A stretch of DNA of 44,054 bases from Spirochaetia bacterium (GTDB lineage: Bacteria > Spirochaetota > Spirochaetia > CADAEX01). The position numbers were made by a program, and so were the translations under genes. This document shows positions 9,783 through 19,411 of the stretch, one piece after another. The notes below the pieces were generated by a model. It ran no database searches. It was not told the origin of the DNA and was given only the letters and a program-made list of their open reading frames with translations. Every line of letters starts with the position of its first letter. Within the stretch, counting starts at the first letter, position 1. Where the stretch lies: NCBI GenBank assembly GCA_031548835.1, contig JAVBQS010000001.1, positions 1 through 44,054 on the forward strand, read 5' to 3'.

Positions 9783-12700
9783 TTATCTATTAGCCAAATA
9801 AAAGGACAATTTATCTATTAAAATATCCAAATCTATTGGCTTTGCAACATGATCATTCATACCTGCTTCAAGACAAGCATCAATATCTTCTTTAAAAGCA
9901 TTTGCTGTCATTGCTATTATAGGTATTTTTTTTGAATTTTCAAACCCTGAATTACGAATTTGCCTAGTTGCATCTAATCCGTCAAGCATTGGCATTTGAA
10001 CATCCATCAGGATTATATCATATTTATTATTTTTATTCTTAAACATTTCAATAGCTTGCAGTCCATTTATTGCAAAATCAATTAAAGCGCCGCTATTTTC
10101 CAGAATAGAAAATATTATCTCCCTGTTGATTTCTATATCTTCAACTACAAGAATTTCCTTGTTAGCCCAATTGCACTCTTTTATGTCAGATAACCTGCTT
10201 TCTGGCATAAAAGAATGGTCAATAAGTTCCACAATTGTATTATAAAGCACAGAAGGTAAAACAGGTTTTGGCAAAAATTGTGTAATACCAATAGATTTAA
10301 CTTCATTTTCAATTTCAGACCAGTCAGCGACAGATATCATAATTACAATAGTGCGGTTATCCGCTATTTTTTTAATTTCTTTGGCTGTTTCTGCCCCATT
10401 TATAACAGGCATTCTCCAGTCAAGAAAAATAAGATCATATGGAGTTGAATTTTTAACACTTTCTTTTACTTTTTTAATAGCTTCATGTCCGCCCGAAGCA
10501 ATATCACAGTCCATAGAAAAATTGTTCAAAATATCTTTAAAATAAAAAAGGACATCTTCATTATCATCTACTACAAGAATTTTAAGATCTTGTTGAGCTT
10601 TTTTATTTAATTTTTTATCAAGCAGTTTATCGCCCCATTCTATTTCAACTTCAAATATAAAAGATGATCCTTTGCCAAACTCGCTTTCCACCCAGATTTT
10701 GCCATCCATCAGGCTTATTACTTTTTTACAAATAGCAAGGCCAAGCCCTGTGCCTCCATATTTACGGGTTATGGTGCCGTCAGCCTGTTCGAAAGAGTTA
10801 AATAAACGGTATTGCTGTTCAGGAGTAATGCCTATGCCATTATCTTTTATCTCTACATGCAGTATTGATCTGTTTTTTTCTTTTGGTATCTGTTTTATTG
10901 TTAGAGAAATATTTCCGCCTTCAGGTGTAAATTTGACTGCATTGCTAAGCAGGTTTATAAAAACCTGGGAAAGCCTCATTTCATCCCCAATTATTTTATG
11001 GGTAAAAATATCTTCAAAAATAAATTTGAAATTCTGCTGTTTTTCTTCTATTTTAACTGACATTATATTAAAAATATTTTCCAGCATTTTTTCAAAATTA
11101 AATTCTTTAAAAATAATTTCAAACTTATTTGCTTCGATTTTTGACATATCAAGAATATCATTTATGATTCCCAAAAGCTGCTGTGAAGCATTATCTATTT
11201 TGTTAAGACAGTATTCTATTTTGGATAAATCTTTTGTTTTTTCTGCAATATTTGTCATTCCAATAATTGCATTCATTGGCGTGCGTATTTCGTGGCTCAT
11301 GCGGGAAAGAAAATCGCTTTTGGCTTTTGTGCTTGCAAGAGCTTCTTCTTTTGCCAGTATTAAATTTTGTGTTGTCTCATTCCTGAGTATTGCAGAAGAG
11401 ATCAATAATCCTGCAGATTTCATTATATTTTGTTCAGTGTCGGTAAAAAGCTGTTCATTTGTGCATCTGTCAAATCCTATAAATCCCCAAAAATTGCCAT
11501 GCAAAAATATGGGAATAACCATTAATGCCAAGACATCAGCCATTCCGGGAAAAGCAATTGTTGTTTTATCCAGATTTTTTACAAAAGAATTTATAGTTTC
11601 CGATTTTCCAAGAAGTTCTTCCAGGTTTGGAACAAACTCTTCATAAGGAATAAAAACAGGAGGCCTGTTGTTATGGGAAGAGGGATTATTCCTTGCCCAT
11701 TCAACTACCTGGCTGCAGCAGAGTCTGGTATTTTCAATACTATTTTTCCATATATATGCCCTGTCTGCATTTACGCTTTCTCCCAGAATTCTTAAGACTT
11801 TTTTTACAACACTATAAAATTCATCATCATTAAGCTGCATTCCCATTAAAAGGTATGCAACATCATTAACAGCTTTAAGCAGCCTGTCCTGTCTTAAAAG
11901 TTCATTTTTTGCTTCTTTAAGAGACCGCAGATCAATTTGGTAAAGAACTATTGCAAAAGAATCTTTATAAGGTATTTTTTTCATTGTAACCTGCATAGGA
12001 ATTCTTTCACCATTAAATATAAGTTCTGTTTCAAAATCGTTATAGCCATTTTCAACAGTATGTTTAAACCTATCAATAAAACTTATGGAAGGCATTCCGC
12101 CAGGCTGATATTCCGGAATACTTTTATTTATCAAATTTATTATATTTTTAAGAAAATCTTCTTTGTCAGAAAATCCAAAATATTTAATAGCAGCAGGATT
12201 ACAATCAATAATCTTAAAGTTATTATCAAAAATCATACTTACATAAGGGTCTGCTTCAAACATTGATTTATTAAGAAGCTGGGATTCTTTAAGATTATTA
12301 ATTGCATTCTGAATTTCTACTTGCAGTTTTTCATTGTACTTCTCTTTTTCCAGAAGCATTTCCTGCAATTCTTCTTCTGTATGTTTAAGTTTATCAATAT
12401 TAAGATGCCCGCCTAATATGCGCAGCGCTTTGCCGTTTTTATCTTTTTTTATTATACGCCCTGTATCCAGTGTCCATATATAGCGGCCGTCTTTATGGCG
12501 CATTCGTATTTCCTGGGAATAAGTATCTGTGTTTCCATTGATAAAATCTTCAAGCGCTTTATTTGCGTTAGGCAAATCATCAGGATGATTAAATGATTCC
12601 CATTCTTCAAGAGTTCCATTGATTTCGCTCTTGTCATATCCCATCATTTTAAGATAATCGTCGCTATATGTAATAGATCCTGAAGTAACATCCCAATCCC

Positions 12701-13205
12701 ATGAAGCAAGTCCTGCCATATTAGCTACAAAGTCAAGCTGTTCTGTTTTTTGTTTTAACTGTTCTTCCGCAAGTTTAATGCTGCTTACATCCTGAAGAAC
12801 TCCGACAAGCCGAACCGGTTTTCCATTTTCATCCCATTCAGTTATGTTTCCTTTATCCTGGGCCCATATAATAGAGCCGTCTTTGCGGACCATTCTGAAT
12901 TCAGCTTCATATTTGTCTGTCTTTCCTTCAAGATATTGGCTGATTTTTCTATTTGCCATTTCAAGATCTTCCGGCAGCACTGCATTTTCCCAGGTTTCAA
13001 CAACCTGTTCAAGCTCTCCTTCTTCATATCCTGCTATATGTTCCCACTGTTTGCTATAAATAACTTTGCCTGAAGGAAGATGCCAATCCCATAGCCCTAT
13101 TTTGGTTGCATTTATAATTACATCCATAGAATTGGAAAAATAGATTCCTGCTTCTATTTTTTTGGCGAGTTGATTATTTTGGGTAATATTATTTTTTTCA
13201 GGCAT
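9783..13205 (-). CDS. Cytoplasmic hybrid sensor histidine kinase (PAS/PAC x2-PAS-GAF-HisKA-HATPase-REC-REC)
   Basis: Two GLWDW/ASWDW PAS-PAC units; SHEIRTPMN; GGTGLGL; FLDWRMP and LMDVQMP receivers; no TM segment. Confidence 0.92.
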   Translation of the reverse strand: MPEKNNITQNNQLAKKIEAGIYFSNSMDVIINATKIGLWDWHLPSGKVIYSKQWEHIAGYEEGELEQVVETWENAVLPEDLEMANRKISQYLEGKTDKYEAEFRMVRKDGSIIWAQDKGNITEWDENGKPVRLVGVLQDVSSIKLAEEQLKQKTEQLDFVANMAGLASWDWDVTSGSITYSDDYLKMMGYDKSEINGTLEEWESFNHPDDLPNANKALEDFINGNTDTYSQEIRMRHKDGRYIWTLDTGRIIKKDKNGKALRILGGHLNIDKLKHTEEELQEMLLEKEKYNEKLQVEIQNAINNLKESQLLNKSMFEADPYVSMIFDNNFKIIDCNPAAIKYFGFSDKEDFLKNIINLINKSIPEYQPGGMPSISFIDRFKHTVENGYNDFETELIFNGERIPMQVTMKKIPYKDSFAIVLYQIDLRSLKEAKNELLRQDRLLKAVNDVAYLLMGMQLNDDEFYSVVKKVLRILGESVNADRAYIWKNSIENTRLCCSQVVEWARNNPSSHNNRPPVFIPYEEFVPNLEELLGKSETINSFVKNLDKTTIAFPGMADVLALMVIPIFLHGNFWGFIGFDRCTNEQLFTDTEQNIMKSAGLLISSAILRNETTQNLILAKEEALASTKAKSDFLSRMSHEIRTPMNAIIGMTNIAEKTKDLSKIEYCLNKIDNASQQLLGIINDILDMSKIEANKFEIIFKEFNFEKMLENIFNIMSVKIEEKQQNFKFIFEDIFTHKIIGDEMRLSQVFINLLSNAVKFTPEGGNISLTIKQIPKEKNRSILHVEIKDNGIGITPEQQYRLFNSFEQADGTITRKYGGTGLGLAICKKVISLMDGKIWVESEFGKGSSFIFEVEIEWGDKLLDKKLNKKAQQDLKILVVDDNEDVLFYFKDILNNFSMDCDIASGGHEAIKKVKESVKNSTPYDLIFLDWRMPVINGAETAKEIKKIADNRTIVIMISVADWSEIENEVKSIGITQFLPKPVLPSVLYNTIVELIDHSFMPESRLSDIKECNWANKEILVVEDIEINREIIFSILENSGALIDFAINGLQAIEMFKNKNNKYDIILMDVQMPMLDGLDATRQIRNSGFENSKKIPIIAMTANAFKEDIDACLEAGMNDHVAKPIDLDILIDKLSFYLANR

Positions 13206-13520
13206 TACCGGCTGTCCATATTTGAATTATTTATAATAAAATTTTTGTATTATAACACAATATTGATAATTTTTTTCTTAAGTATTGTAAAAAACCATAC
13301 AATAAACATATAATTTGAAATTATTAATTTTTGCCTTTAAATAGAAATTAGTAAATTTATAGGCATTTTTTTCTATTATTATATTTAGTATGGTTAATGT
13401 CAATCTTTTGAGAAGGCAGGAAAATATGCAGTAATAATTTTGAAAATAATTTAAAACTTTAAAATATAGGAGTTTTGTTTAAACATAAAATTAGAAGAAT
13501 TTTACTAAATATCAGCAGTT

Positions 13521-13808
13521 TTATTGAATTTTGGGAATATCATCCAGAGAGCCCATGCAATAAGCATTTGGCCAGCCAAATGCCTGCAGCAGATTTGCAG
13601 CCATAGCGCCTCTTACGCCGGAACTGCAATAAGTTAATATTGAACGGCTTCTGGGTTCAAGTTCACTTAATCTTGCCGGCAGTACACTTAGTGGAATATT
13701 TACAGCTCCGGGATAAAACCCTCCTATATATTCATCTTCTGTTCTTACATCCAGTATAAGAGCTCCCGCTTTTATTTTTTCTGCTGCTTTATCACTATTT
13801 AATACCAT
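13521..13808 (-). CDS. Rhodanese-like domain protein
   Basis: ILDVRTEDEY...PGAVNIP...YCSSGVRG; probable start MVLNSD at 13808. Confidence 0.85.
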   Translation of the reverse strand: MVLNSDKAAEKIKAGALILDVRTEDEYIGGFYPGAVNIPLSVLPARLSELEPRSRSILTYCSSGVRGAMAANLLQAFGWPNAYCMGSLDDIPKIQ

Positions 13809-14085
13809 AAAACTTCCGCTGTTTCGGCTAAAAAGGCTTTTGGAAAAACTATTAGCTTTAAGTATTATATAATAATTAAAATATATCAAACTTTTTATTC
13901 TATTTTTCTGTCACATACTTTAAACAAGGATGCATAAATATAGTAAAATTATTTAACATTTTGGCAGAAAATTTTTTATATAAATAAAAGATAAATTCCG
14001 CAGTTTTCAGCAATATTGGCACATATGTAGAGAATAAGGTATATTTATCAAAGCTTTATATAATTAAATTAAAGAGGATTCCTAT

Positions 14086-14823
14086 ATGAAAAATTATTTA
14101 AATACAATTATTGTGTGTGTTTCTGTAATAATTTGTGTAACTATATTTTCCATTAGTATTATTGCATTAAAAACAGCGCAAAATAATTATATAGTAGTAA
14201 CAGGTTCTGCAACAAAATCATTTGTTTCTGATCTTATTGTGTGGCGCGGTTCTTTTTCCAAAAAAGCAAAAACATCAAAAGAAGCATATGAAAAATTGAA
14301 AAATGATACAGCAGCAGTAAGAAACTATCTTATTAAAAGCAGTGTTAATGAAAAAGATATTGTTTTTTCTTCAATAGAAATGAGCGAAAATTTTGATTAT
14401 GAATATAATCAGGATGGAAAAATTACAAAAACAATATTTACAGGCTACACACTTACCCAAGGAGTTACTATCAAATCCTCAGAAGTAGATAAAATAGAAC
14501 AGATTTCGCGCGATATAACAGAGTTAATTGATCTTGGAATAGAGTTTTTCTCAATGCCTCCTGAATATTATTATACAAAACTGGATGAGCTAAAACTTGA
14601 TCTAATAGCAAAGTCTGCTGAAAATACAAAAATACGGGCAGAAACAATTGTAAAAGAATCAGGCGCAAAAATATCAAAATTAAGATCTGCCAATCTTGGA
14701 GTATTTCAGATAACTCCAGAGAATTCATCAACAGATGGTTATAGCTATGGCGGAACTTTTGCTGTTTCATCAAAAAATAAAACAGCATTTATAACAACAC
14801 GGCTGGAATATTTATTAAAATAA
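14086..14823 (+). CDS. SIMPL (DUF541) domain protein
   Basis: N-terminal TM, IVVTGSA...SDLIVW, PEYYYTKL, ANLGVFQIT. Confidence 0.85.
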   Translation: MKNYLNTIIVCVSVIICVTIFSISIIALKTAQNNYIVVTGSATKSFVSDLIVWRGSFSKKAKTSKEAYEKLKNDTAAVRNYLIKSSVNEKDIVFSSIEMSENFDYEYNQDGKITKTIFTGYTLTQGVTIKSSEVDKIEQISRDITELIDLGIEFFSMPPEYYYTKLDELKLDLIAKSAENTKIRAETIVKESGAKISKLRSANLGVFQITPENSSTDGYSYGGTFAVSSKNKTAFITTRLEYLLK

Positions 14824-14949
14824 AAAATATATTATATCGATAGATTTTATCAAATACAGATTATCAACTGGAAAAATTATATGCTGGCTAAAATTAAAAA
14901 ACAGCAATTATGAAACAGTCTGGCAAAAACAAAATGCTGTATTATTTAA

Positions 14950-15165
14950 TTATTTATTTTTTACACAATACCGCAAAACAGTTTTTAATTTTGCAGGTTC
15001 TGTTTTTCGCGGATCAAAAATATAAATTTCTCTGCATACTTTATCTTTTCTTTTAAAATTATTTTCTTCCAGAAATTGATTCATCTTTGCAAAGTTTAAA
15101 TGATTATCATCATAGCTGCTGGTATGCATTATCTGAAAAGATAACCCATTTTCAATTTCTGACAT
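14950..15165 (-). pseudogene. C-terminal fragment of a GyrI-like domain protein
   Basis: QIMHTSSYDD...REIYIFDPRKTEPAKLKTVLRY matches the C-terminus of ~200-aa GyrI-like proteins; the N-terminal part is absent. Confidence 0.65.
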
Positions 15166-15230
15166 ATTTCATATCAATTGTTTTCCCGACATAAAAAATA
15201 TTTTTTTAAAGCTGTTTCACAAATATAAAT

Positions 15231-15788
15231 CTATATTGCTAATTTTTCTCCTATTGAAAATGCACGGTTTCTCATCTCTTCTGAGATCTGGAAGTCAGGA
15301 ACACTTGTGCCTGTACACACAAGAGTATCAGCAACATCCCATCCGAAGAATTTAAAATATCTGTTAAACATTTCAATTATAGTTTTATTTGTATTTATAT
15401 CGCTTGCACCTTGCACAAAGATAGTTGCAGCTTTTTTTCCCGGGTTTCTTGGTGTAAAATTGCTGCCGGAAACCATTGGAAACATTCTGTCAAGCCATAT
15501 CTTTGACTGTCCTGTTACTTGAAAAAAATATATTGGAGAACCAAAAAGTATACTGTCTGCAAATTTAATATCATCATACATTGTAGAAAGATAATCATCT
15601 TTTATAAAACATGATTCGTTAGTCCTGCAGTAGTAACAGCCTTGGCAGCCGCTGATATTTTTATTATTCAGATTATATAGTTTTACTTCTGCTTCAGCTT
15701 TTTTTGCTCCTTTTACTGCTTCATCAATTAACTGGTTGGTAACTCCTGTTTCTCTTGGACTTCCTGTAAATATAACTATTTTTTTCAT
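15231..15788 (-). CDS. Flavodoxin family protein (NADPH-dependent FMN reductase / iron-sulfur flavoprotein)
   Basis: GSPRETG, CQGCYYC-x5-C, GSPIYF, DRMF. Confidence 0.9.
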   Translation of the reverse strand: MKKIVIFTGSPRETGVTNQLIDEAVKGAKKAEAEVKLYNLNNKNISGCQGCYYCRTNESCFIKDDYLSTMYDDIKFADSILFGSPIYFFQVTGQSKIWLDRMFPMVSGSNFTPRNPGKKAATIFVQGASDINTNKTIIEMFNRYFKFFGWDVADTLVCTGTSVPDFQISEEMRNRAFSIGEKLAI

Positions 15789-15949
15789 TTTTTCACCGCT
15801 TTCTTTTTTTAATTTATAAATATGGTTTTTATTAAATTATTATATTTAGCTGCAAATTAATTTAAAAAATCCCAGAAATTATATCCGGGAGGAATAGTTT
15901 TTCAATTTATACTGTGACTGACTCTGGCATGCTATAAAGAATAGACTAC

Positions 15950-16723
15950 TCAATAATCTGAATCTTCTTCCGGTTCATCATATTCTTCTTCATAATAATC
16001 AGGATCATAATTATCATCTGACTCATCTTCTATTCCAAGTTCTTTTCGAATAAGATATTTAAAGCCGGAATCAAGCTCTAATGCATTTTTTAAAAGTTCT
16101 CTTTTTACAACTTCATTTTCAGCAGCATTTGCAATAGTATAAAGTTTCATTGCCTGAACATCATCATAAAATATTGTTACATTTTCTTTTTTAATAAATT
16201 TTTGTTCAACAGAATATGGTTTTTCGCCATCAACATATGCGCTAATAGAAACAAATATTTCAGATTCAGTATCAGGGTGGACAGCAACCAGGCTATATTC
16301 TGGAATAATTGAACTAGTTGCTTTAGTAATATCAGGCTTTGAATAAAGAATAGTTTCATTTCCTATAATTACTCCGGGAACAGCATCAGATGCAACAAAA
16401 ACAGTTTGCACCCAATAATCTTCGCCATCTATATCAATTAATGCAAAATTTCTTTTTACATTATCATAGCGGAGAGCTTCCTTTACTTTGTTTTTCCATC
16501 CCACTATATCTGCTATATTTGCATTATTTTTTTGAACTTTCATTACTTCATCAACTTCTTTATAAAGAGCTGTGTTTTTATGCAGAATAACAGCTTCTGC
16601 TTTTTTATGTTCTTTAACAATTCCATTAGAAGCGCCTGCAGACTCTTTTGAACATGCAATAAAAAAAATAGAAATAATGAAAAGTACAGAAAATCCTATA
16701 AAATATCCGGCTTTTCTAAACAC
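15950..16723 (-). CDS. Putative lipoprotein with highly acidic C-terminal tail
   Basis: Signal peptide with lipobox FIAC; tail EDESDDNYDPDYYEEEYDEPEEDSDY; function unknown. Confidence 0.65.
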   Translation of the reverse strand: MFRKAGYFIGFSVLFIISIFFIACSKESAGASNGIVKEHKKAEAVILHKNTALYKEVDEVMKVQKNNANIADIVGWKNKVKEALRYDNVKRNFALIDIDGEDYWVQTVFVASDAVPGVIIGNETILYSKPDITKATSSIIPEYSLVAVHPDTESEIFVSISAYVDGEKPYSVEQKFIKKENVTIFYDDVQAMKLYTIANAAENEVVKRELLKNALELDSGFKYLIRKELGIEDESDDNYDPDYYEEEYDEPEEDSDY

Positions 16724-16952
16724 ATGTTCCCCCTTTGTTTTAATTTATAATTTTTTATATCAGAAAGAATAACATATCCTGTCAAATATTTAAATTTATT
16801 TTTAATAATAGCAAGTAAATATTATTAAGTTAAAAATCAAAAAATCTGTTTATAAATATAAATTATCAATTATTATAAAATAATTTGCTATTAAAAAACT
16901 ATTATACAAAAATTTTTATATCTCTATTTTATATAACTTAATAAAAAATAAC

Positions 16953-16981
16953 TTGACATTTACAGCTAAAACAAGTATTAG
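16953..16981 (+). promoter_or_regulatory. Putative sigma70 promoter
   Basis: TTGACA-17 nt-TATTAG upstream of the DUF2846-like gene. Confidence 0.45.
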
Positions 16982-17030
16982 AAATTAGCTGCTATTATTG
17001 CAGTTAATTATAACTTTAGAGGAGAACTTT

Positions 17031-17591
17031 GTGCGAAAAATCTGGCTTTTTACAATGATAATTTTTACAGCATTGTTTATCGGCGCAATCATTGGATGTG
17101 CATCTGCACCAACTGCAACTTCAACTAAAGAAACTATTGAACCTGATAAAGATCATGCAGTAGTTTATTTTTTGAGGCCGTCAAAATTTGGTTCTAGTGT
17201 AAAATTCGGCTTATGGGATAATGATTCACCTATTGGAATAATTAAAGGACGAAATTATATAGCTTATAAAACAGTACCAGGAACCCACTATTTTATGGCA
17301 AGAGCAGAAAACTGGGCAATTGTTAAAGCTGATTTAAGTGCAGGTAAAACATATTATATACTTGCAGCTCCTGTAATGGGCGCTTTTAAAGCAAGAGTTG
17401 ATTTCCGGGTACAGAATCCTGATAATCCTGAAATTCAAGTATGGATAAGCAGCAGCAAACAGCTTAGCTACAGCGATGAGTGGAAAGCAGAGTATAGCAA
17501 AAACCGTGTGGATGATGTCAGGGCAGCTTTAGAAAAAGCCAAAAATGATCAAGTTAGTTATGAAAGAATGAAACCGACAGACGGTAAATAA
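17031..17591 (+). CDS. DUF2846-like lipoprotein
   Basis: Lipobox IIGC; AVVYFLRP...PGTHYF...GKTYY; GTG start after AGGAG. Confidence 0.7.
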   Translation: MRKIWLFTMIIFTALFIGAIIGCASAPTATSTKETIEPDKDHAVVYFLRPSKFGSSVKFGLWDNDSPIGIIKGRNYIAYKTVPGTHYFMARAENWAIVKADLSAGKTYYILAAPVMGAFKARVDFRVQNPDNPEIQVWISSSKQLSYSDEWKAEYSKNRVDDVRAALEKAKNDQVSYERMKPTDGK

Positions 17592-17597
17592 ATAATA

Positions 17598-17710
17598 GGC
17601 AGGATTTCGAGTTTTATTTATAAAAGTTATTTATGAAAAAACTTGAAATCTGCCATAATAAAAATAGTCTTTATGTTATAAAACTATTAATTGCAGCATA
17701 AAGACTATTT
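17598..17710. terminator. Two tandem hairpins between convergent genes
   Basis: GGCAGGATTTCGAGTTTT/AAAACTTGAAATCTGCC (17598-17654, imperfect) and a perfect 14-bp IR AAATAGTCTTTATG/CATAAAGACTATTT (17662-17710). Confidence 0.55.
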
Positions 17711-17794
17711 CTTTTAAAGAATAATTCAAATCTATTTTATTATTGAAATATTTTTAGTAAAATAAAACACTATAAAATTGATTTAAAAAAACTT

Positions 17795-18916
17795 CTAAAA
17801 TCTTACACCTGCAACACCGCCAATCCATATATCTATTCCCATTCCTCCGGTTTCTTTATACCACAAAGAATAGGGAACAAACCTGAATCCCGGGTCACTG
17901 TTATCCGATCCCTTATAGTCAGATACAGAGACATTTAAAACAGGCCCAAAAAACATTTTAAAATGAGATGCAAATTCTTTTTCCAGAGTAACTCTAAGCT
18001 GGTTTAATACAGAAACAGAGTTGTTAATAAAACTTGTATCATCTGTGAAAGAATATGTACGTAATTCAAATTGAGCACTGACATTATCAGCTAAATCGAG
18101 ATTGGTGCCGACTCCAAGTCCAAGTGCAAATTCAAAAGGTGTTGCAAAATAGTTAACTCCTCCAGAAAAAATTGTATAAAAGCGGTCTATTCCAAGCTTA
18201 AAACTTAATTCAGTATGTAATACATCTGAAGCAGATATTTCAAGCTCGTGTTTTCCTCCATTTTTCACAATATTAAAAAGACCAATAGGAACTCCATCAT
18301 TGGTTTCAGATATATTTATAAGCCCAAGCTGAAGGCCTGAAATATTTTTTGCAATATTCATAAAACCGCTTATTTGAACATTGGAATTCTCTGCATAATT
18401 AAGGATTCCTGCCAGCTGGAAAGCATTATTTCCGCTAAGAGTTAAATTTGAAACTCCTGCAAACTGTACTTTTGAAAGCTTTGAATAATTAAAAATTCCT
18501 GATGCCTGAAAAGAGGTTTCGCCATTAAGAGTCAGGTTTGAGATTCCTGCAAACTGTGCTCCGCCAAGCTCTCTATTAACATTAGCAAGGCCGGCAAATT
18601 GAACAGCATTATCCCCATTTCCGCTGTAATTGGCAAGGCCGGCAACCTGAAGCCCTTCTGTAATTTCTAAATTGACATTATAGAGAGCTCCTGCCTCAAA
18701 CCCGATATTTCCCTTGCTGTATCCGCCAAGAAGATTAAGTGAAATATTATTTATAATCAAATGCGAATAAAGACCATTTGTTCCCACAGGAGTAATAACA
18801 CTAAGCTGGAAAATTCTTGTCTCAAAAGAATTTTCACTATCCTCTTCTGCAAAAACAATAAAAGGGAAACTGCAAATCATTAATATTAGGATTAATTTTT
18901 TTAGTATATGTTTCAT
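17795..18916 (-). CDS. Secreted/outer-membrane protein with LA_2272-like surface repeats
   Basis: Signal peptide, repeated (G/V)Q(F/L)AG(L/I)xN units, GLQLGLIN, C-terminal aromatic residue (GVRF). Confidence 0.65.
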   Translation of the reverse strand: MKHILKKLILILMICSFPFIVFAEEDSENSFETRIFQLSVITPVGTNGLYSHLIINNISLNLLGGYSKGNIGFEAGALYNVNLEITEGLQVAGLANYSGNGDNAVQFAGLANVNRELGGAQFAGISNLTLNGETSFQASGIFNYSKLSKVQFAGVSNLTLSGNNAFQLAGILNYAENSNVQISGFMNIAKNISGLQLGLINISETNDGVPIGLFNIVKNGGKHELEISASDVLHTELSFKLGIDRFYTIFSGGVNYFATPFEFALGLGVGTNLDLADNVSAQFELRTYSFTDDTSFINNSVSVLNQLRVTLEKEFASHFKMFFGPVLNVSVSDYKGSDNSDPGFRFVPYSLWYKETGGMGIDIWIGGVAGVRF

Positions 18917-19099
18917 AATATAATGAGTGACATATTTTTATACCTTATGTCAATATAACCAGCCCAAACGGGCTAACTTTAATTAACAAATCTAGCATAA
19001 TTATTAAATAATTATGTTTTTACTATTATAATATTTATTATCAAGAAAGATATTGTGCCTTTTATTGAAATATTTTTAAAAACTTTAAAGGTAATAAAA

Positions 19100-19411
19100 A
19101 TACAGACAGCAGTGATATTTGCCCACCCATGGCGTGGCAGTTAATATAAAGCAATTTTAGATAAAGTTGAAGACAGCAAGGGCATGCATCTGTTAAAAAA
19201 TATTAATAAAACTATTTTATTTACAACATCTTCTGCCCCTGCCAATATGCTTATAAATAATTTTGGCAATGCTGTAAACAGGACAATAATAAAAAGAGCT
19301 TTTGCAGCAATTGGGTTTAATAATTCAAAGTGGTATAATCTTGGATTAATTCAATCAAGCTCTGAAAAGGAACGGGAAGATTTTTTAAATAATATTTCAA
19401 ATCATATATAA
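19100..19411 (+). pseudogene. NAD(P)H-dependent oxidoreductase (flavodoxin_2 fold) remnant
   Basis: In frame with the 19184 ORF: IQTAVIFAHPWRGS*YKAILDKV (TAA at 19142-19144), joined directly to C-terminal LLKNINKTILFTTSSAP...EREDFL; the middle of the protein is missing. Confidence 0.7.

Noticed and set aside
10672-11646. 324-aa plus-strand ORF
   Set aside because: Antisense to the kinase core; no recognisable motifs or RBS.
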